64,000 nucleotides of DNA from Actinomycetales bacterium (GCA_038249035.1 JBBRWT010000001.1:1247-65246), one strand, 5' to 3'; shown: positions 9,263 through 21,136, counted from the first letter of the stretch. Program-made: numbers and translations. Notes: generated by a model from the letters alone, not told the origin.

Positions 9263-12200
9263 TTACTGCAGCGCCCGCGGCCCGAGCAGGCTCTTGACCT
9301 CGCCGAAGAAGCCCGCCGAGGGTTCGATGCGGTGAGGTAGTTCGAACACGCGGGCTGAATCGTCGCGCATCAGACGCAACCGCACCTCGGTCGAGCCGCG
9401 GTGGCGGCTGAGAACTGAGTTGAGTTCGCTGACCACGTCAACCGTCGCGCGCTGCTCGCGCACGCTCAGCGTGAGAGGACCGCTGTCGGTACTCACGCCG
9501 AAGTCAGGCTGTTGTAGCAGGATCGCCTGCAGCGTGATGCCGTCGTCGCGGTGGTTCACCCGGCCGCGTATGACGACGATGCTGTCGGCAACGAGCTTCG
9601 ACCCGAACTCGAGATAGGTCTTGCCCAAAAACATAATGCTGAGTTCGCCACCGAAGTCTTCGAGCGTGATCATGCCGTAGGGGTTGCCTGATTGGCGCGC
9701 CACACGATGCTGCACGCTCGTGATGAGACCGGCAACGGTGACCTGCTCGCCGTCAGCGGGCGGGTTGTCGTTGAGCTCGGCAATGCCGATGCCGGCGTGT
9801 TGAGCGAGCGAGCGCTCAAGCCCTGCCAGCGGATGATCAGAGACGTACAGACCGAGCATTTCGCGCTCAAAAGCAAGTTTGTCTTTCTTCGCCCATTCCG
9901 GCCTTTCGGGAACGTGCTCGGCGCTCTGCTCGGGCCCATCAAACAGGCTGTCGAAGTCGAAGCCGACGTCGCCGACTTCTTCTGCCCGCTTTTCTTTCAC
10001 CGCCGCCTCGACGGCGCCCTCGTGAATTTCTATGAGCGCACGGCGGGTCGAGCCGAGCGAATCGAAGGCGCCCGCCTTGATGAGCGACTCGATCGCCCGC
10101 TTGTTCGCAACCGGTGTTGGCACCTTCTTGAGAAAGTCGAAAAAGCCCGTGAAGCGGCCTTTCTGCTCGCGGGAAGCACGAATGTGGTCGACGACGGCAA
10201 ACCCGACGTTGCGCACAGCCCCCATGCCAAATCTAATGTCGTCACCCACGGCCGCGAAGAAACCGATCGACTCGTTGACATCGGGCGGCAGCACCGTAAT
10301 GCCCATGCGGCGGCACTCATTGAGGTACACCGCCATTTTGTCTTTCGAATCGCCGACGCTCGTCAGCAGGGCCGCCATGTACTCGGCCGGGTAGTGAGCC
10401 TTCAAGTAGGCCGTCCAGTAGGAGACCACGCCGTAGGCGGCCGAGTGCGCCTTGTTGAATGCGTAGTCGGAAAACGGCACCAGAATTTCCCACAGCGTCT
10501 GGGTCGCCTGTTCGGAGTAGCCGTTCTCTGCCATTCCCGCCCGGAATCCCGGGTATAGCGCTTCGATCTCTTCTTTCTTCTTCTTGCCCATGCCACGCCG
10601 CAGCAGGTCGGCCTGAGCAAGCGTGTAGCCGGCCAGCACGCGGGCAATTTCCATGACCTGCTCTTGGTACACGATGAGACCGTAGGTGCCGCCGAGCACC
10701 TCGCGCAGAGGCTCTTCGAGTTCGGGATGAATGGGCGTGATCTCTTGACGGTCGTTCTTGCGCAGCGCGTAGTTGGTGTGCGAGTCGGCACCCATTGGTC
10801 CAGGGCGATACAGGGCCAGTACGGCCGAGATGTCGTCGAAGTTGTCGGGCTTCATCATGCGCAATAGCGAGCGCATTGGCCCGCCGTCAAGCTGGAAAAC
10901 CCCCAAGGTGTCTCCACGGCCAAGCAACTCATACGCGGCCGGGTCGTCGAGGGTCAGGTCTTCGAGAACGAGCCGCGTGCCGCGATTAGCCTCGATGTTG
11001 TCGAGCGCGTCGTCGATGATCGTGAGGTTGCGCAGCCCCAAAAAGTCCATCTTGACAAGGCCGAGCGCCTCAGAGGCCGGAAAGTCAAATTGCGTGACGA
11101 TTTGACCGTCTTGCTCGCGCTTCATGATCGGGATGATGTCGATGAGTGGCTCGCTCGACATGATCACGCCGGCCGCGTGCACTCCCCACTGGCGCTTGAG
11201 GTTTTCGAGCCCGAGGGCAGTGTCGAACACTGTGCGCGCCTCGGCGTCGACCTCGATGAGAGCACGAAGGTCGGCGGCTTCTTTGTAGCGCTCGTGCGTC
11301 GTGTCATGGATGCCCGACAATGGCATGTCTTTGCCCATCACCGCTGCCGGCATCGCCTTGGTGAGCCTTTCGCCCATGCCGAAGGGGAATCCGAGCACAC
11401 GAGAGCTGTCTTTAAGTGCCTGCTTTGCCTTGATCGTGCCGTAGGTCACGATCTGGGCCACGCGCTCGTCGCCGTACTTCTCCGTCACATACCGAATAAC
11501 CTCGCCGCGACGACGGTCGTCAAAGTCAACATCGAAGTCGGGCATCGAGACGCGGTCGGGATTGAGAAAACGCTCAAAGATGAGGCCGTGCTCGAGCGGG
11601 TCAAGATCGGTGATGCGCATGGCATACGCCGCCATCGAGCCCGCACCCGAGCCACGACCAGGGCCGACCCGGATGCCGTTGTTCTTAGACCAGTTGATGA
11701 AGTCGGCCACGACCAAGAAGTAGCCCGAAAAGCCCATCTGCGTGATGACGCCGATCTCGTACTCGGCGCGCGCGCGCACAGCATCCGGAACCCCGCCCGG
11801 ATACCGCACCGCCAAACCTCGCTCGACTTCTTGAGTGAACACGCTGTTCTCAGTCTCGCCCTGCGGCACCGGGTAGTGCGGCATGTAGTTCGCCCGGGTG
11901 TTGAAAGCGACCTCAGCACGCTCGGCGATGAGCAGAGTGTTGTCGCAGGCCTCGGGGTAGTCGCGAAAGAGCTGCCGCATCTGCGCTGGCGTCTTGAGGT
12001 AAAACTCGTCAGTGTCGAACTTGAACCGGTTGGGGTCATCGAGAGTGCTGCCCGACTGCACGCACAACAGTGCCGCGTGTGAGCCAGCGTCGGCGGCGTG
12101 CGTGTAGTGCAGGTCGTTCGTCGCCACGAGCGGTAACCCGAGGTCTTTCGCGAGGCGAATCAGGTCGGTCATCGCGCGACGCTCAATGCCGAGGCCGTGG

Positions 12201-12778
12201 TCCATGATTTCGACGAAGTAGTTCTCAGCACCAAAGATGTCGCGGAACTCGGCAGCTGCCTCACGCGCCTTGTCATACTCGCCGAGTCGCAGGCGCGTTT
12301 GCACCTCGCCGCTCACACATCCCGTCGTCGCGATGACGCCTTCCGCGTAGCGGCTGAGCAGTTCGCGATCCATGCGCGGCTTGAAGTAGTAGCCCTCGAT
12401 CGACGCCAGCGACGACATGCGGAACAGATTGTGCATGCCCGTAGTCGAGGCTGCGAGCATGGTGAGGTGTGTGTACGCGCCCGCCCCGGAGACGTCGTCT
12501 TCGCCCCCCACACCCCACTTGACGCGCGTCTTGTCGGTGCGATGTGTGCCGGGCGTGAGGTATGCCTCGATACCGATGATGGGCTTGATACCCGCCTCAG
12601 TTGCGGTCTTCCAGAAGTCGAAAGCGCCGAACATGTTGCCGTGGTCGGTGATCGCAATCGCGGGCATACCCTGGGCGACGGCCTCAGTGATGAGGGGCTT
12701 GACGCGGGCGGCACCGTCCAGCATCGAGTACTCGCTGTGCACATGGAGGTGTACGAACGAGTCTGCTCGAGTGGTCAC
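9263..12778 (-). CDS. dnaE: DNA polymerase III alpha subunit
   Basis: 1171 aa. N-terminal PHP domain (HLHVHSEYSMLDGA), pol III alpha core and an OB-fold tail. Confidence 0.97.
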   Translation of the reverse strand: MTTRADSFVHLHVHSEYSMLDGAARVKPLITEAVAQGMPAIAITDHGNMFGAFDFWKTATEAGIKPIIGIEAYLTPGTHRTDKTRVKWGVGGEDDVSGAGAYTHLTMLAASTTGMHNLFRMSSLASIEGYYFKPRMDRELLSRYAEGVIATTGCVSGEVQTRLRLGEYDKAREAAAEFRDIFGAENYFVEIMDHGLGIERRAMTDLIRLAKDLGLPLVATNDLHYTHAADAGSHAALLCVQSGSTLDDPNRFKFDTDEFYLKTPAQMRQLFRDYPEACDNTLLIAERAEVAFNTRANYMPHYPVPQGETENSVFTQEVERGLAVRYPGGVPDAVRARAEYEIGVITQMGFSGYFLVVADFINWSKNNGIRVGPGRGSGAGSMAAYAMRITDLDPLEHGLIFERFLNPDRVSMPDFDVDFDDRRRGEVIRYVTEKYGDERVAQIVTYGTIKAKQALKDSSRVLGFPFGMGERLTKAMPAAVMGKDMPLSGIHDTTHERYKEAADLRALIEVDAEARTVFDTALGLENLKRQWGVHAAGVIMSSEPLIDIIPIMKREQDGQIVTQFDFPASEALGLVKMDFLGLRNLTIIDDALDNIEANRGTRLVLEDLTLDDPAAYELLGRGDTLGVFQLDGGPMRSLLRMMKPDNFDDISAVLALYRPGPMGADSHTNYALRKNDRQEITPIHPELEEPLREVLGGTYGLIVYQEQVMEIARVLAGYTLAQADLLRRGMGKKKKEEIEALYPGFRAGMAENGYSEQATQTLWEILVPFSDYAFNKAHSAAYGVVSYWTAYLKAHYPAEYMAALLTSVGDSKDKMAVYLNECRRMGITVLPPDVNESIGFFAAVGDDIRFGMGAVRNVGFAVVDHIRASREQKGRFTGFFDFLKKVPTPVANKRAIESLIKAGAFDSLGSTRRALIEIHEGAVEAAVKEKRAEEVGDVGFDFDSLFDGPEQSAEHVPERPEWAKKDKLAFEREMLGLYVSDHPLAGLERSLAQHAGIGIAELNDNPPADGEQVTVAGLITSVQHRVARQSGNPYGMITLEDFGGELSIMFLGKTYLEFGSKLVADSIVVIRGRVNHRDDGITLQAILLQQPDFGVSTDSGPLTLSVREQRATVDVVSELNSVLSRHRGSTEVRLRLMRDDSARVFELPHRIEPSAGFFGEVKSLLGPRALQ

Positions 12779-12856
12779 GGGGCCCTCCGACTGGTCAATC
12801 TGGACCCTCAGTCTAGGTCGTGTGGCCCGACCACTCTTGCGTCGCAGGCGGGCGCG

Positions 12857-13780
12857 TCACGCACCCCGCAGCACGTCAAGTGCGTGCTGTAGATCGGGTG
12901 GGTAGCGCGATGAATACTCGCTCCACTCCCCTGTGCCCGGATGCCGGAAGGCGAGCCGCATCGCGTGCAACCACTGCCGCTCGAGACCGAGCCGAGCGCT
13001 CAGGCTCGGGTCGGCGCCGTACATCGCGTCGCCCACGCAGGGGTGTCGTTGCGCAGCCATGTGCACGCGGATCTGGTGGGTGCGCCCTGTCTCGAGATGG
13101 ATCTCGAGCAGCGAGGCAGCCGGGAAGGCCTCGATTGTGTCGTAGTGGGTCACTGACGACTTGCCTCCCGCGACGACGGCGAACTTCCAGGAGCTTCCGG
13201 GATGCCGGCCGATCGGCGCGTCGATCGTTCCCGACAGCGGGTCGGGATGCCCCTGAACCACCGCGTGGTAAATCTTCTCGACCTCTCTGTCGTGAAACTG
13301 GCGCTTCAGTTCGCGATAGGCCGACTCCGACTTTGCTACCACCATCAATCCGCTGGTGCCAGCGTCGAGCCGGTGCACGACGCCTGCTCGCTCCGGCGGC
13401 CCCGACGTCGCGATCGCATACCCAGCCGCGGCCAGTGCGCCAATGACCGTCGGCCCCTCCCACCCCACCGACGGGTGCGCCGCGACACCGGCTGGCTTGT
13501 CGACAACCACGAGGTCGTCATCGTCGTGAACGATCCCCAAGTCGTCAACGGCGATCGGCTCGATACGTGCTTGGCGCCGAGGTTGCCAGGTCACCTCAAG
13601 CCAGGCATCGGCCGAGACACGGTCGGCCTTCCCGACGACGCGGCCATCAAGAGTGACGCCTCCCGCATCGGCGATCTCGGCAGCCTGCGTTCGGGAGAAC
13701 CCCAGCAGCGTCGCGAGAGCGACGTCTACCCGCTCGCCCGCTCGGCCTGGGGGAATGGGAAGGGAGCGCGACTCGGTCAC
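12857..13780 (-). CDS. rluD: RluA-family 23S rRNA pseudouridine synthase (RluD-like)
   Basis: Catalytic motif [15 protein letters not shown] and an N-terminal S4-like segment. Start set at GTG 13780 so the gene does not overlap divIVA. Confidence 0.85.
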   Translation of the reverse strand: MTESRSLPIPPGRAGERVDVALATLLGFSRTQAAEIADAGGVTLDGRVVGKADRVSADAWLEVTWQPRRQARIEPIAVDDLGIVHDDDDLVVVDKPAGVAAHPSVGWEGPTVIGALAAAGYAIATSGPPERAGVVHRLDAGTSGLMVVAKSESAYRELKRQFHDREVEKIYHAVVQGHPDPLSGTIDAPIGRHPGSSWKFAVVAGGKSSVTHYDTIEAFPAASLLEIHLETGRTHQIRVHMAAQRHPCVGDAMYGADPSLSARLGLERQWLHAMRLAFRHPGTGEWSEYSSRYPPDLQHALDVLRGA

Positions 13781-13817
13781 CGTCGCGCTCCCTGCCGCTG
13801 CGTGCGGATTGTGCCGC

Positions 13818-14588
13818 TCAGGAACCGTAGCCCGGGAACTGACCGGGCGGCGGGGTCTGCGGTGCTGGGTAGCCCTGAGCCGGCGCCGGATCTGAGTACG
13901 TCGGCGCCGAGCCCGGATACGCCTGTTCGGCCCCAAAGGAGGGAGCAGAGCCATAGACGGGAGCAGAACCGACCGTCACGGCGGAGGCGGGGGCCGCTGC
14001 CGGCTGAGCGGTTCCCTCAAGCTCGGTCAGCTGACCCTGAATGTAGGTGCGAAGTTGCTGGCGGTACTCGCGCTCGAAGGTGCGCAATTCGTCGACGCCC
14101 TTCTGGAGCGCCGCCCGCTCTTGCTCGAGAGCACGGAGCTGGCCCTGCTGCGCGTTCGTCGCTTCGGTGACGATGCGGGAGGCCTCGGCTTGGCCCTCAG
14201 CAATGAGCTGCTCTTTCTTCGCAACGCCCTCGCGCACGTGTTCTTCGTGCAGTCGACGAGCAAGCTGCAACAGGTTATTGGTGTCGGCACTCGCCTCGCC
14301 CACGCCCTGTGCGGGCGACTCAGGCACCGGGAACGGCGAGGGAGCCAGCGCAACGGGAGCCGCAACCATGGCAGGCGCGGCAGCAACGGCGCCGCCGCGT
14401 TGCAGCTCAGCGATGCGAGCGTCAGCAGCTACGAGCCGCTGACGTAACTCGTCGTTCTCCTGGTTGAGACGACGCAACTCGACGACGATCTCGTCAAGGA
14501 AGTCGTCGACCTCATCTTGGTCGTAGCCCTCGCGGAACTTGGTCGACTGGAAACGCTTATTGACGACATCTTCGGGCGTGAGAGCCAT
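13818..14588 (-). CDS. divIVA: DivIVA/Wag31 cell-pole and division protein
   Basis: N-terminus [34 protein letters not shown], a coiled-coil middle and a P/A/Y-rich tail. Start at ATG 14588. Confidence 0.9.
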   Translation of the reverse strand: MALTPEDVVNKRFQSTKFREGYDQDEVDDFLDEIVVELRRLNQENDELRQRLVAADARIAELQRGGAVAAAPAMVAAPVALAPSPFPVPESPAQGVGEASADTNNLLQLARRLHEEHVREGVAKKEQLIAEGQAEASRIVTEATNAQQGQLRALEQERAALQKGVDELRTFEREYRQQLRTYIQGQLTELEGTAQPAAAPASAVTVGSAPVYGSAPSFGAEQAYPGSAPTYSDPAPAQGYPAPQTPPPGQFPGYGS

Positions 14589-14720
14589 GCGCGTCACCTC
14601 GAGACTTTCTGGAGCGGATGAATAACGATGGGGTAACGCTAGCAACAAGATGTCACATGCGTCACATCGGTGTCCACCAGCGTACATCGGCGGCCCACAC
14701 GGTGGCCAGGAGCAGCGATA

Positions 14721-15017
14721 CTATCGGCCGCCCACGAGCGACATCAGGATCAGCAGAACGATGAGCACAATGGTCCACGCCAGATCGAGGCGGATTGACC
14801 CGAGCTGGAGCGGAGGGATGACACGTCGAACCGCCTTGAGTGGTGGATCGGTGATCGTGTAGCTCGATTCGGCAAGCAAGACAACGACCCCGCGGGGGCG
14901 AAAGGCCGGATTGAGTACCTGCACCCAGTCGAAGACGAACCGCACCCACATGGCGATGAAGACGATCAACAGAGCCACGTAGATGACTGACAGGATGATC
15001 GAGAAGACGAGCGTCAC
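14721..15017 (-). CDS. YggT family membrane protein
   Basis: 98-aa hydrophobic protein in the conserved sepF-yggT-divIVA position. Confidence 0.8.
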   Translation of the reverse strand: MTLVFSIILSVIYVALLIVFIAMWVRFVFDWVQVLNPAFRPRGVVVLLAESSYTITDPPLKAVRRVIPPLQLGSIRLDLAWTIVLIVLLILMSLVGGR

Positions 15018-15061
15018 GCCTTTAGTCTCTCAGGTTCTGCTGTGAGACGATGCGCAGCTCG

Positions 15062-15523
15062 CTAGTCGCGAGGCAGGAACGATGCGTCGACATCAGGCTC
15101 GATGTCGGCCGGGTCGCCGCTCGTGGCCACATGGGCCGGCGAGAGCAGGAATACCTTGCTCGTCACACGTTCGATGCGCCCGTAGAGGCCCTGTGAAAGT
15201 CCACTGGCGAAGTCGACGAGTCGACGGGCCTCGCTTTCAGACATCTGCGACAGGTTGATGATCACCGGGATACCCTCGCGGAAACTCTCGGCGATCACCT
15301 GCGCGTCTTTGTAGGCGCGGGGGTGCACAGTGAGGATCTCGTTCATATCGCTCGGTGCACCTTGACGGGCCGGAGTCGCGCGTCGCAACGGGGTGACCGG
15401 CGCGCGCTGGGCGGCCGGGGCGGTCATGGCAACAGCGGCGGGGGCCACCTGGCGGTGGTCGTACTCCAGCTCTTCATCGGCGAGGCCGAGATACACCATG
15501 GTCTTGCGCAGCGGATTGTTCAT
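15062..15523 (-). CDS. sepF: cell division protein SepF
   Basis: C-terminal domain [26 protein letters not shown]. Start at ATG 15523 (MNNPLRK), preceded by GGTGAGGA. Confidence 0.88.
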   Translation of the reverse strand: MNNPLRKTMVYLGLADEELEYDHRQVAPAAVAMTAPAAQRAPVTPLRRATPARQGAPSDMNEILTVHPRAYKDAQVIAESFREGIPVIINLSQMSESEARRLVDFASGLSQGLYGRIERVTSKVFLLSPAHVATSGDPADIEPDVDASFLPRD

Positions 15524-15557
15524 GTCGTCGTCCTCACCGGTCGTGGCAATGGCCAGG

Positions 15558-16256
15558 TTAGGGCCGATCAGGTCGTTTTCCGGTGATTGCTGTGCCGATG
15601 CGGAGGTGTGTCGCGCCCTCCGCGATCGCCTCGGCGTAGTCATTCGACATGCCAGCCGAGATGGCCGTGGCCCCGGGGGCGATCGTGCGCAGGTGCTCAG
15701 AGATCCCGCTCAGGCGAGCGAATGCGGCGCGGGCATCCTCATCAATCGGCGCGACCGCCATCACACCGCGCAGAGTGAGTGACGGATGCTCGAGCACACG
15801 TTCAGCAAGGGGCGGCAGCGCATCCGGCTGCACTCCCCCGCGACCGGGGTCGGAGGTGAGGTTCACCTCAAGGAACACGTCAAGGGGCCGCTCGGCACGC
15901 GCAAGCGCCATCACGAGCGAGTCTCGATCGACAGAGTGGATGACGCGGGCGTATTCGGCAACCGCGCGGGCCTTGTTTGACTGTAGCTGACCGACGAAGT
16001 GCCAGGTCAGGGGCAGGTCAGCAAGCTCAGCGGCCTTCGGTGCGGCGTCCTGATGCCGGTTCTCGCCCACATCGTGCACGCCAAGCTCAAGGAGTTCGCG
16101 GATGAGGGATGCGGGGTGGAACTTGGTCACCACGATGAGCGTGACCTCGTCACGCGTCCGCCCCGAGGTCCGGCAGGCCTCAGCGACACCCGCCTCCACG
16201 GCCGCGTGCCGAGCCGCAAGGCCATCGCTCGCAGCAGGCTCGGAACTGGTCGCCAC
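15558..16256 (-). CDS. YggS family pyridoxal-phosphate homeostasis protein
   Basis: PLP-lysine context LIVVTKFHP and alanine-racemase N-terminal-type sequence. The GTG at 16256 is 2 nt after the ftsZ stop. Confidence 0.85.
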   Translation of the reverse strand: MATSSEPAASDGLAARHAAVEAGVAEACRTSGRTRDEVTLIVVTKFHPASLIRELLELGVHDVGENRHQDAAPKAAELADLPLTWHFVGQLQSNKARAVAEYARVIHSVDRDSLVMALARAERPLDVFLEVNLTSDPGRGGVQPDALPPLAERVLEHPSLTLRGVMAVAPIDEDARAAFARLSGISEHLRTIAPGATAISAGMSNDYAEAIAEGATHLRIGTAITGKRPDRP

Positions 16257-16257
16257 G

Positions 16258-17430
16258 TCAGCGCAGGAAGTCGGGAATGTCGAGATCGCCGTCGTCATCG
16301 ACTTCGAGCGGGTCGATCGGCGCAGTAGCGGCGAGCCCTGCGTCGTCACCCCAGGCGCGCTCGCCGAGTTCACGTTCGCCAAGGGGGGCCTCCGCCGTCG
16401 CAGTCGCCACGGCGGTCGATGCCGTTGCGGAGCCGCTGGCAGATTGATAGCTGCTCCGGCGGTCGCGACGCACCACGGTAGGTTCTCCGCCGTCAAAACC
16501 CGCGGCGATGACGGTCACCCGCACCTCATCGCCCAGCGTGTCATCGATGACGGCGCCAAAGATGATGTTGGCCTCGGGATGCACAGCTTCTTGCACGAGC
16601 TTGGCCGCATCGTTGATCTCGAAAATGCCCAGGTTCGAACCGCCCTGAATCGAGATCAGCACGCCGTGCGCGCCGTCGATGCTCGCCTCTAGCAAGGGGC
16701 TTGCTACCGCGAGTTCGGCGGCCTTGATGGCGCGATCAGCCCCGCGGGCTGAACCGATGCCCATGAGAGCGGATCCGGCACCCTGCATGACGCTCTTTAC
16801 GTCGGCAAAGTCGAGGTTGATGAGCCCGGGCGTGGTGATGAGATCGGTGATGCCCTGCACGCCTGCCAACAGAACCTGGTCGGCCGTGGCGAACGCCTCC
16901 AACATCGAAATGCCGCGATCGGAGATCTCGAGTAGCCGATCGTTGGGTACCACAATGAGAGTGTCGACCTCGTCTTTGAGCTGCGAGACGCCGAGGTCTG
17001 CCTGAGCCTGACGCCGCTTGCCCTCGAACCCGAAGGGTTTGGTGACGACTCCGATCGTGAGTGCTCCGATCGACTTGGCGATGCGGGCAACGACGGGGGC
17101 ACCGCCAGTGCCGGTACCACCGCCTTCACCTGCGGTAACGAAGACCATGTCAGCTCCCGCGAGTGCTTCTTCGATCTCTTCCGCGTGGTCCTCCGTGGCA
17201 CGGCGACCCACTTCGGGGTCGGCTCCGGCGCCGAGGCCGCGGGTGAGCTCGCGACCGACGTCGAGTTTCACGTCGGCGTCACTCATGAGCAGCGCCTGAG
17301 CGTCGGTGTTGATGGCGATGAACTCCACACCCCGCAGACCCAGCTCGATCATGCGATTCACGGCGTTCACGCCGCCGCCGCCGATGCCGACGACCTTGAT
17401 CACGGCGAGATAGTTCTGGTTCGAGGTCAC
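16258..17430 (-). CDS. ftsZ: cell division GTPase FtsZ
   Basis: Tubulin signature GGGTGTG and NTDAQAL. GTG start preceded by GGAAGG. Confidence 0.98.
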   Translation of the reverse strand: MTSNQNYLAVIKVVGIGGGGVNAVNRMIELGLRGVEFIAINTDAQALLMSDADVKLDVGRELTRGLGAGADPEVGRRATEDHAEEIEEALAGADMVFVTAGEGGGTGTGGAPVVARIAKSIGALTIGVVTKPFGFEGKRRQAQADLGVSQLKDEVDTLIVVPNDRLLEISDRGISMLEAFATADQVLLAGVQGITDLITTPGLINLDFADVKSVMQGAGSALMGIGSARGADRAIKAAELAVASPLLEASIDGAHGVLISIQGGSNLGIFEINDAAKLVQEAVHPEANIIFGAVIDDTLGDEVRVTVIAAGFDGGEPTVVRRDRRSSYQSASGSATASTAVATATAEAPLGERELGERAWGDDAGLAATAPIDPLEVDDDGDLDIPDFLR

Positions 17431-17597
17431 GTCGAGGCCTTCCGCTCAACCTTCACCCTCAGGTAGAGGGCCAAAGTTATGCTCAGTATGTACTGCTGGA
17501 CTCGACGGTAAGGCTCCGTATAGCGCGCACGCCACAGGCGCGCCGCGTGTCGCGAATCCCCTGCCCGCGGAGAACTGAATGCGCGGCACAATAGCCC

Positions 17598-18629
17598 TCA
17601 GAGTTCGCGAACCACGAGGCTTTCGGGGGCCGAGACGTCGTACTCCCAGGCAGAGCCCTGGCTGGTCGCAGCGATGGCAGCCTCAAGAACGCGAGCCTTG
17701 AATTCTGATCGTTCGGCGCTGCCCCACACCACGCGGTGCCCCACGCCTGTCATCGTGAAGGTCACATCGTCGCGCGTCGAGGCGCTGATCGCGTCGACCT
17801 GCGCGCGGAGCCCCGCCGGTAACGCCGTCAGCACGGCGGATACGCTGCGAAACGCGAGTGACGTGGCGTCAGCACTCGCTGCCGCGATCACCGGAATGCC
17901 TTCGGGTCGCTGCGCAGAGGTCTCGACCACGACCCCCGCGGCATCGACGAGATCGACCACCGCGCCGCGCTCGATGGCGCCGACCGGAGCCCGTTCGACG
18001 ATGCGCACCACGAGCGTGTGGGGTGGAACCACCTCGGTCGAGTACGACCGAATCAGCGGAAACGCCGCAAGATCGTCTCGGATCGCGCTCTCGTCGAGCA
18101 ATGCGAGGGGTGTGCCGAGGTGGTCGTCGAGGGCTTCACTCACGTTCACGGAGTCAAGCCTGTTCGTGCCGACGACATCAATCGTGTCGAGCGCCATGAG
18201 CGGTGACAGGGTCACCACCGCGACGCCCCCGACGAGGGCGACGACCGTCGTAGCCACTCCCGTAGCCAGCAGGCGTCGGTGCCTCGAGCGTCGCGTGAAG
18301 CGGCGGACCTCTGCACGCTCTTCGCGACGGCGCGCGCGTGCGGCGTCGCGCGCCGAGGTGTCTGCAGACAATCGGGCCCCCGCGGAGGCTGTCGGAGGCG
18401 CTGTCGTGCGAGCTGGCGAGCGGGAGGGCGGACGAGCGGGGCTAACGGCGGCCCGCGCAGGGGGCGGCGTCATCGACGGGGCTGGAGCCGGTCGAATGGT
18501 TCGCGGTGCCCGCGGCGCGCGCGGAGCTCGAGCAGGTGCGCTTGATCTCGCCGAGCCAGATGCGGCGCCCCGCCCTACGGTCGGGGGCGCCGTCGGCGGC
18601 TCGTGACCAAACCCCTCGGGCCGCTTCAC
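17598..18629 (-). CDS. ftsQ: cell division protein FtsQ
   Basis: P/A/R-rich cytoplasmic N-terminus, one TM helix ([17 protein letters not shown]), then a POTRA/FtsQ-type region. GTGA overlap with the murC stop. Confidence 0.8.
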   Translation of the reverse strand: MKRPEGFGHEPPTAPPTVGRGAASGSARSSAPARAPRAPRAPRTIRPAPAPSMTPPPARAAVSPARPPSRSPARTTAPPTASAGARLSADTSARDAARARRREERAEVRRFTRRSRHRRLLATGVATTVVALVGGVAVVTLSPLMALDTIDVVGTNRLDSVNVSEALDDHLGTPLALLDESAIRDDLAAFPLIRSYSTEVVPPHTLVVRIVERAPVGAIERGAVVDLVDAAGVVVETSAQRPEGIPVIAAASADATSLAFRSVSAVLTALPAGLRAQVDAISASTRDDVTFTMTGVGHRVVWGSAERSEFKARVLEAAIAATSQGSAWEYDVSAPESLVVREL

Positions 18630-20041
18630 TGTTTCTTCTCCCGCGCTTCGAGCGACGCACGCACCTGAGGGAGGATGCGGTACACGTCGCCGCAACTGAG
18701 CGTCATGACGATGTCTCCGGGGCGCGCAATCTCGGCGACACGGTCAGCGGCCCCCTGCCAGTCGGGGCGGTAATCGACAAGGCTCGCATCCGCGAAACGC
18801 TCGACGACGAGCGCGCCCGTCACCCCCGGAATCGGGTCTTCGCGTGCGCCGTAGACGTCGAGCACGATCGTGTGGTCGGCGTCGTGCTCATACACCGCGG
18901 CGAACTCGCCCGCCATGGCCTGGGTACGGCTATACAGGTGCGGTTGGTGAATCGCGATCACGCGGCCCTCGCCCACGACCGAGCGGGCCGTCTGAAGTGC
19001 AGCGGCGACCTCCGTCGGGTGGTGCGCATAGTCGTCGTAGAGACGCACCCCGTCGGCCAGGCCGTGCGCCTCGAAGCGTCGCTGAGTGCCCGCGAATCCG
19101 TCCAGGGCCGCCACGGCCTCCCCCGGCGCGATTCCGAGCCCGACGAGCACGGCGACGATACCGGCGGCGTTGAGTGCGTTGTGACGACCGGGGATGGCGA
19201 GTTCGCCCGAGAACTCCTCGCCGTGAATCGCCATGCGGTATCGAATGGGTCCCGACTCGCTGATCGCCACGAGTCGCACGTCGGCGTCAGCCGATTCACC
19301 AAAGGTGAGTACGGGAACAGCGGCTTTCAGAGCCCGTCGTTGCTCGCCGAGGCGACGGGTTGCGGGGTCGTCCGCCGAGAGCACCAGCAACTCACGAGCG
19401 ACTGCGGCAAAGGTCTCGAACGCACCCTCGAGTGAGGCCTCATCGCCATAGTGGTCCAGATGATCGGTATCGATGTTGGTGATGAGCGCGACGGCCACGT
19501 CATAGAGCAAGAAAGACCCGTCTGACTCGTCGGCCTCGACGACGAAGAGATCACCCGTTCCCCAGTCCGCACTGGTGCCGGTGCCCTGGATGACCGCGCC
19601 GTTGACGAAAGAGGGGTCGAGGTTGAGGGCGCGCAGGGCCGAGACGAGCATCCCGGTCGACGTCGACTTGCCGTGCGCACCCGCTACCGCGACCAATCGC
19701 TCTCCCCGTACGAGCCACGCAAGCGCTTGAGAACGGTGCAACACGGGCAGCCCGCGCCGGAGCGCCTCTTGATACTCGGGGTTGTTGGTCCAGAGCGCGC
19801 CCGTCACGACGAGCGTGTCGGCCTCGCCCACGTGGGAGGCATCGTGGCCGATGCTCACGGGAATACCCAGCTCGCGTAGCGACTGGATGGCCACAGAGTC
19901 GGAGCGATCACTGCCCGTCACGGCATACCCCCGAGCGCGGAACATGCGGGCGATGCCGCTCATACCGCTACCGCCAATGCCGACGAAGTGCAGTCGGCCG
20001 AGCGTGTCGGGAAGGATGAGGGTGGGATCGGGCTTGATCAT
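18626..20041 (-). CDS. murC: UDP-N-acetylmuramate--L-alanine ligase
   Basis: GIGGSGMSG nucleotide-binding N-terminus and P-loop GAHGKSTST. Confidence 0.95.
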   Translation of the reverse strand: MIKPDPTLILPDTLGRLHFVGIGGSGMSGIARMFRARGYAVTGSDRSDSVAIQSLRELGIPVSIGHDASHVGEADTLVVTGALWTNNPEYQEALRRGLPVLHRSQALAWLVRGERLVAVAGAHGKSTSTGMLVSALRALNLDPSFVNGAVIQGTGTSADWGTGDLFVVEADESDGSFLLYDVAVALITNIDTDHLDHYGDEASLEGAFETFAAVARELLVLSADDPATRRLGEQRRALKAAVPVLTFGESADADVRLVAISESGPIRYRMAIHGEEFSGELAIPGRHNALNAAGIVAVLVGLGIAPGEAVAALDGFAGTQRRFEAHGLADGVRLYDDYAHHPTEVAAALQTARSVVGEGRVIAIHQPHLYSRTQAMAGEFAAVYEHDADHTIVLDVYGAREDPIPGVTGALVVERFADASLVDYRPDWQGAADRVAEIARPGDIVMTLSCGDVYRILPQVRASLEAREKKQ

Positions 20042-20047
20042 CGTCGT

Positions 20048-21136
20048 TTAGCCTAGGCCGGTCGCGTCGGCCAAAGCCTCGCGCACGAGAGCGAGTAGTG
20101 CGACGTCGGCGTCGCGCCGCCCTACCGACTGGGCGGCTGCTGCCATACGGGCGATCTCGGCGCGCCGGCCCATCAGTGGCACGAGCTCGCGGGTGACCCA
20201 TTGCGGGGTCAGCTCCGCATCCGCGACCAGCACCGCGCCGCCAGCAGCCACGAGTTCGCGGGCATTGAGTCGCTGCTCGCCATTGCCCGCCGCATAGGGA
20301 ACGAGCACCGCGGGCAGCCCCAGAGCAGCGAGTTCACTCACGGTGGCCGAACCCGCACGGCATAGCGCGAGGTCTGCGGCGGCGAATGCGAGCTCCATCC
20401 GGTCGCAATAGGCCATGGTGTGGTACCCCGCGAGGCCCGGGTCCTCCCCTCCACGCCCGCTCCCGGTGATGTGCAGAACCTGCCAACCGGTGCCGAGCAC
20501 GCGTGCGGCCGATGCTGTCATCGTTTCGTTCAGTCGTTGAGCGCCGGTCGAACCGCCGGTAACGAGCAGTACAGGTCTGTGCGCCTCTAACCCGAGCTCG
20601 CGGACAGCGTCGGCACGGGCAACCGGTCGGTTGAGTGCGGCGATTTCGGGCCGCAGGGGCATGCCCACCAGGCGAGAGCGGCGTAACGGTGTGCCCGCGA
20701 AGGTGATCGCAGCGCGTCCTCCCAGCCACACCGCAAGGCGGTTGGCAATACCGGGACGCGCGTTTGCCTCATGCGCGACCATCGGGATGTGCTCGAGACG
20801 GGCCGCGACATAGGCCGGGGCCGACGCGTACCCGCCGAAACCAACCACGATATCGACCCCACGATCGCGAATGATCGTCCGCGTGCGCCGGACGGCGTCG
20901 CGAAAACGACCGGGAAACCCGAAGGCTGCCCGATTCGGCCGCCGGGGAAACGGCACGCGGGGAATCGTCAGAAGCTCGTACCCGCGATCGGGCACCAGTC
21001 GCGCTTCGAGACCCTCCGCGGTGCCAAGAACGAGTAGCTCGATCTCTGGCTCGACCCGCCGCCAATGGTCGGCGAGGGCCAACAAGGGGTTGACGTGGCC
21101 AGCGGTGCCGCCGCCGGCGAGCAGCGCCGTTGTCAT
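20048..21136 (-). CDS. murG: undecaprenyldiphospho-muramoylpentapeptide beta-N-acetylglucosaminyltransferase
   Basis: Starts MTTALLAGGGTAGHVNP (G-loop) with an ATGA overlap on the ftsW stop. The upstream part of ORF 20048..21970 is an out-of-frame overlap with ftsW. Confidence 0.93.
   Translation of the reverse strand: MTTALLAGGGTAGHVNPLLALADHWRRVEPEIELLVLGTAEGLEARLVPDRGYELLTIPRVPFPRRPNRAAFGFPGRFRDAVRRTRTIIRDRGVDIVVGFGGYASAPAYVAARLEHIPMVAHEANARPGIANRLAVWLGGRAAITFAGTPLRRSRLVGMPLRPEIAALNRPVARADAVRELGLEAHRPVLLVTGGSTGAQRLNETMTASAARVLGTGWQVLHITGSGRGGEDPGLAGYHTMAYCDRMELAFAAADLALCRAGSATVSELAALGLPAVLVPYAAGNGEQRLNARELVAAGGAVLVADAELTPQWVTRELVPLMGRRAEIARMAAAAQSVGRRDADVALLALVREALADATGLG

Noticed and set aside
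13781-13817. No lspA between divIVA and rluD, and no yfiH/pgeF-type gene between ftsZ and yggS, unlike the order I remember from several actinobacteria.
   Set aside because: Gene order in these positions varies between lineages, and both genes could lie elsewhere. Without the rest of the genome this is not evidence of anything unusual.
16632-16641. A tRNA T-arm-like GGTTCGAACC.
   Set aside because: It lies inside the ftsZ coding sequence, with no flanking acceptor or anticodon stems. I found no tRNA, rRNA, tmRNA, RNase P RNA or 6C-type C-rich-loop RNA in any intergenic region.
17265-17273. A parS-like half-site GTTTCACGT.
   Set aside because: Only half of the 16-bp palindrome is present (the other arm reads CGGCG). 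It lies within ftsZ coding sequence, and no full parS was seen near either parA-like gene.
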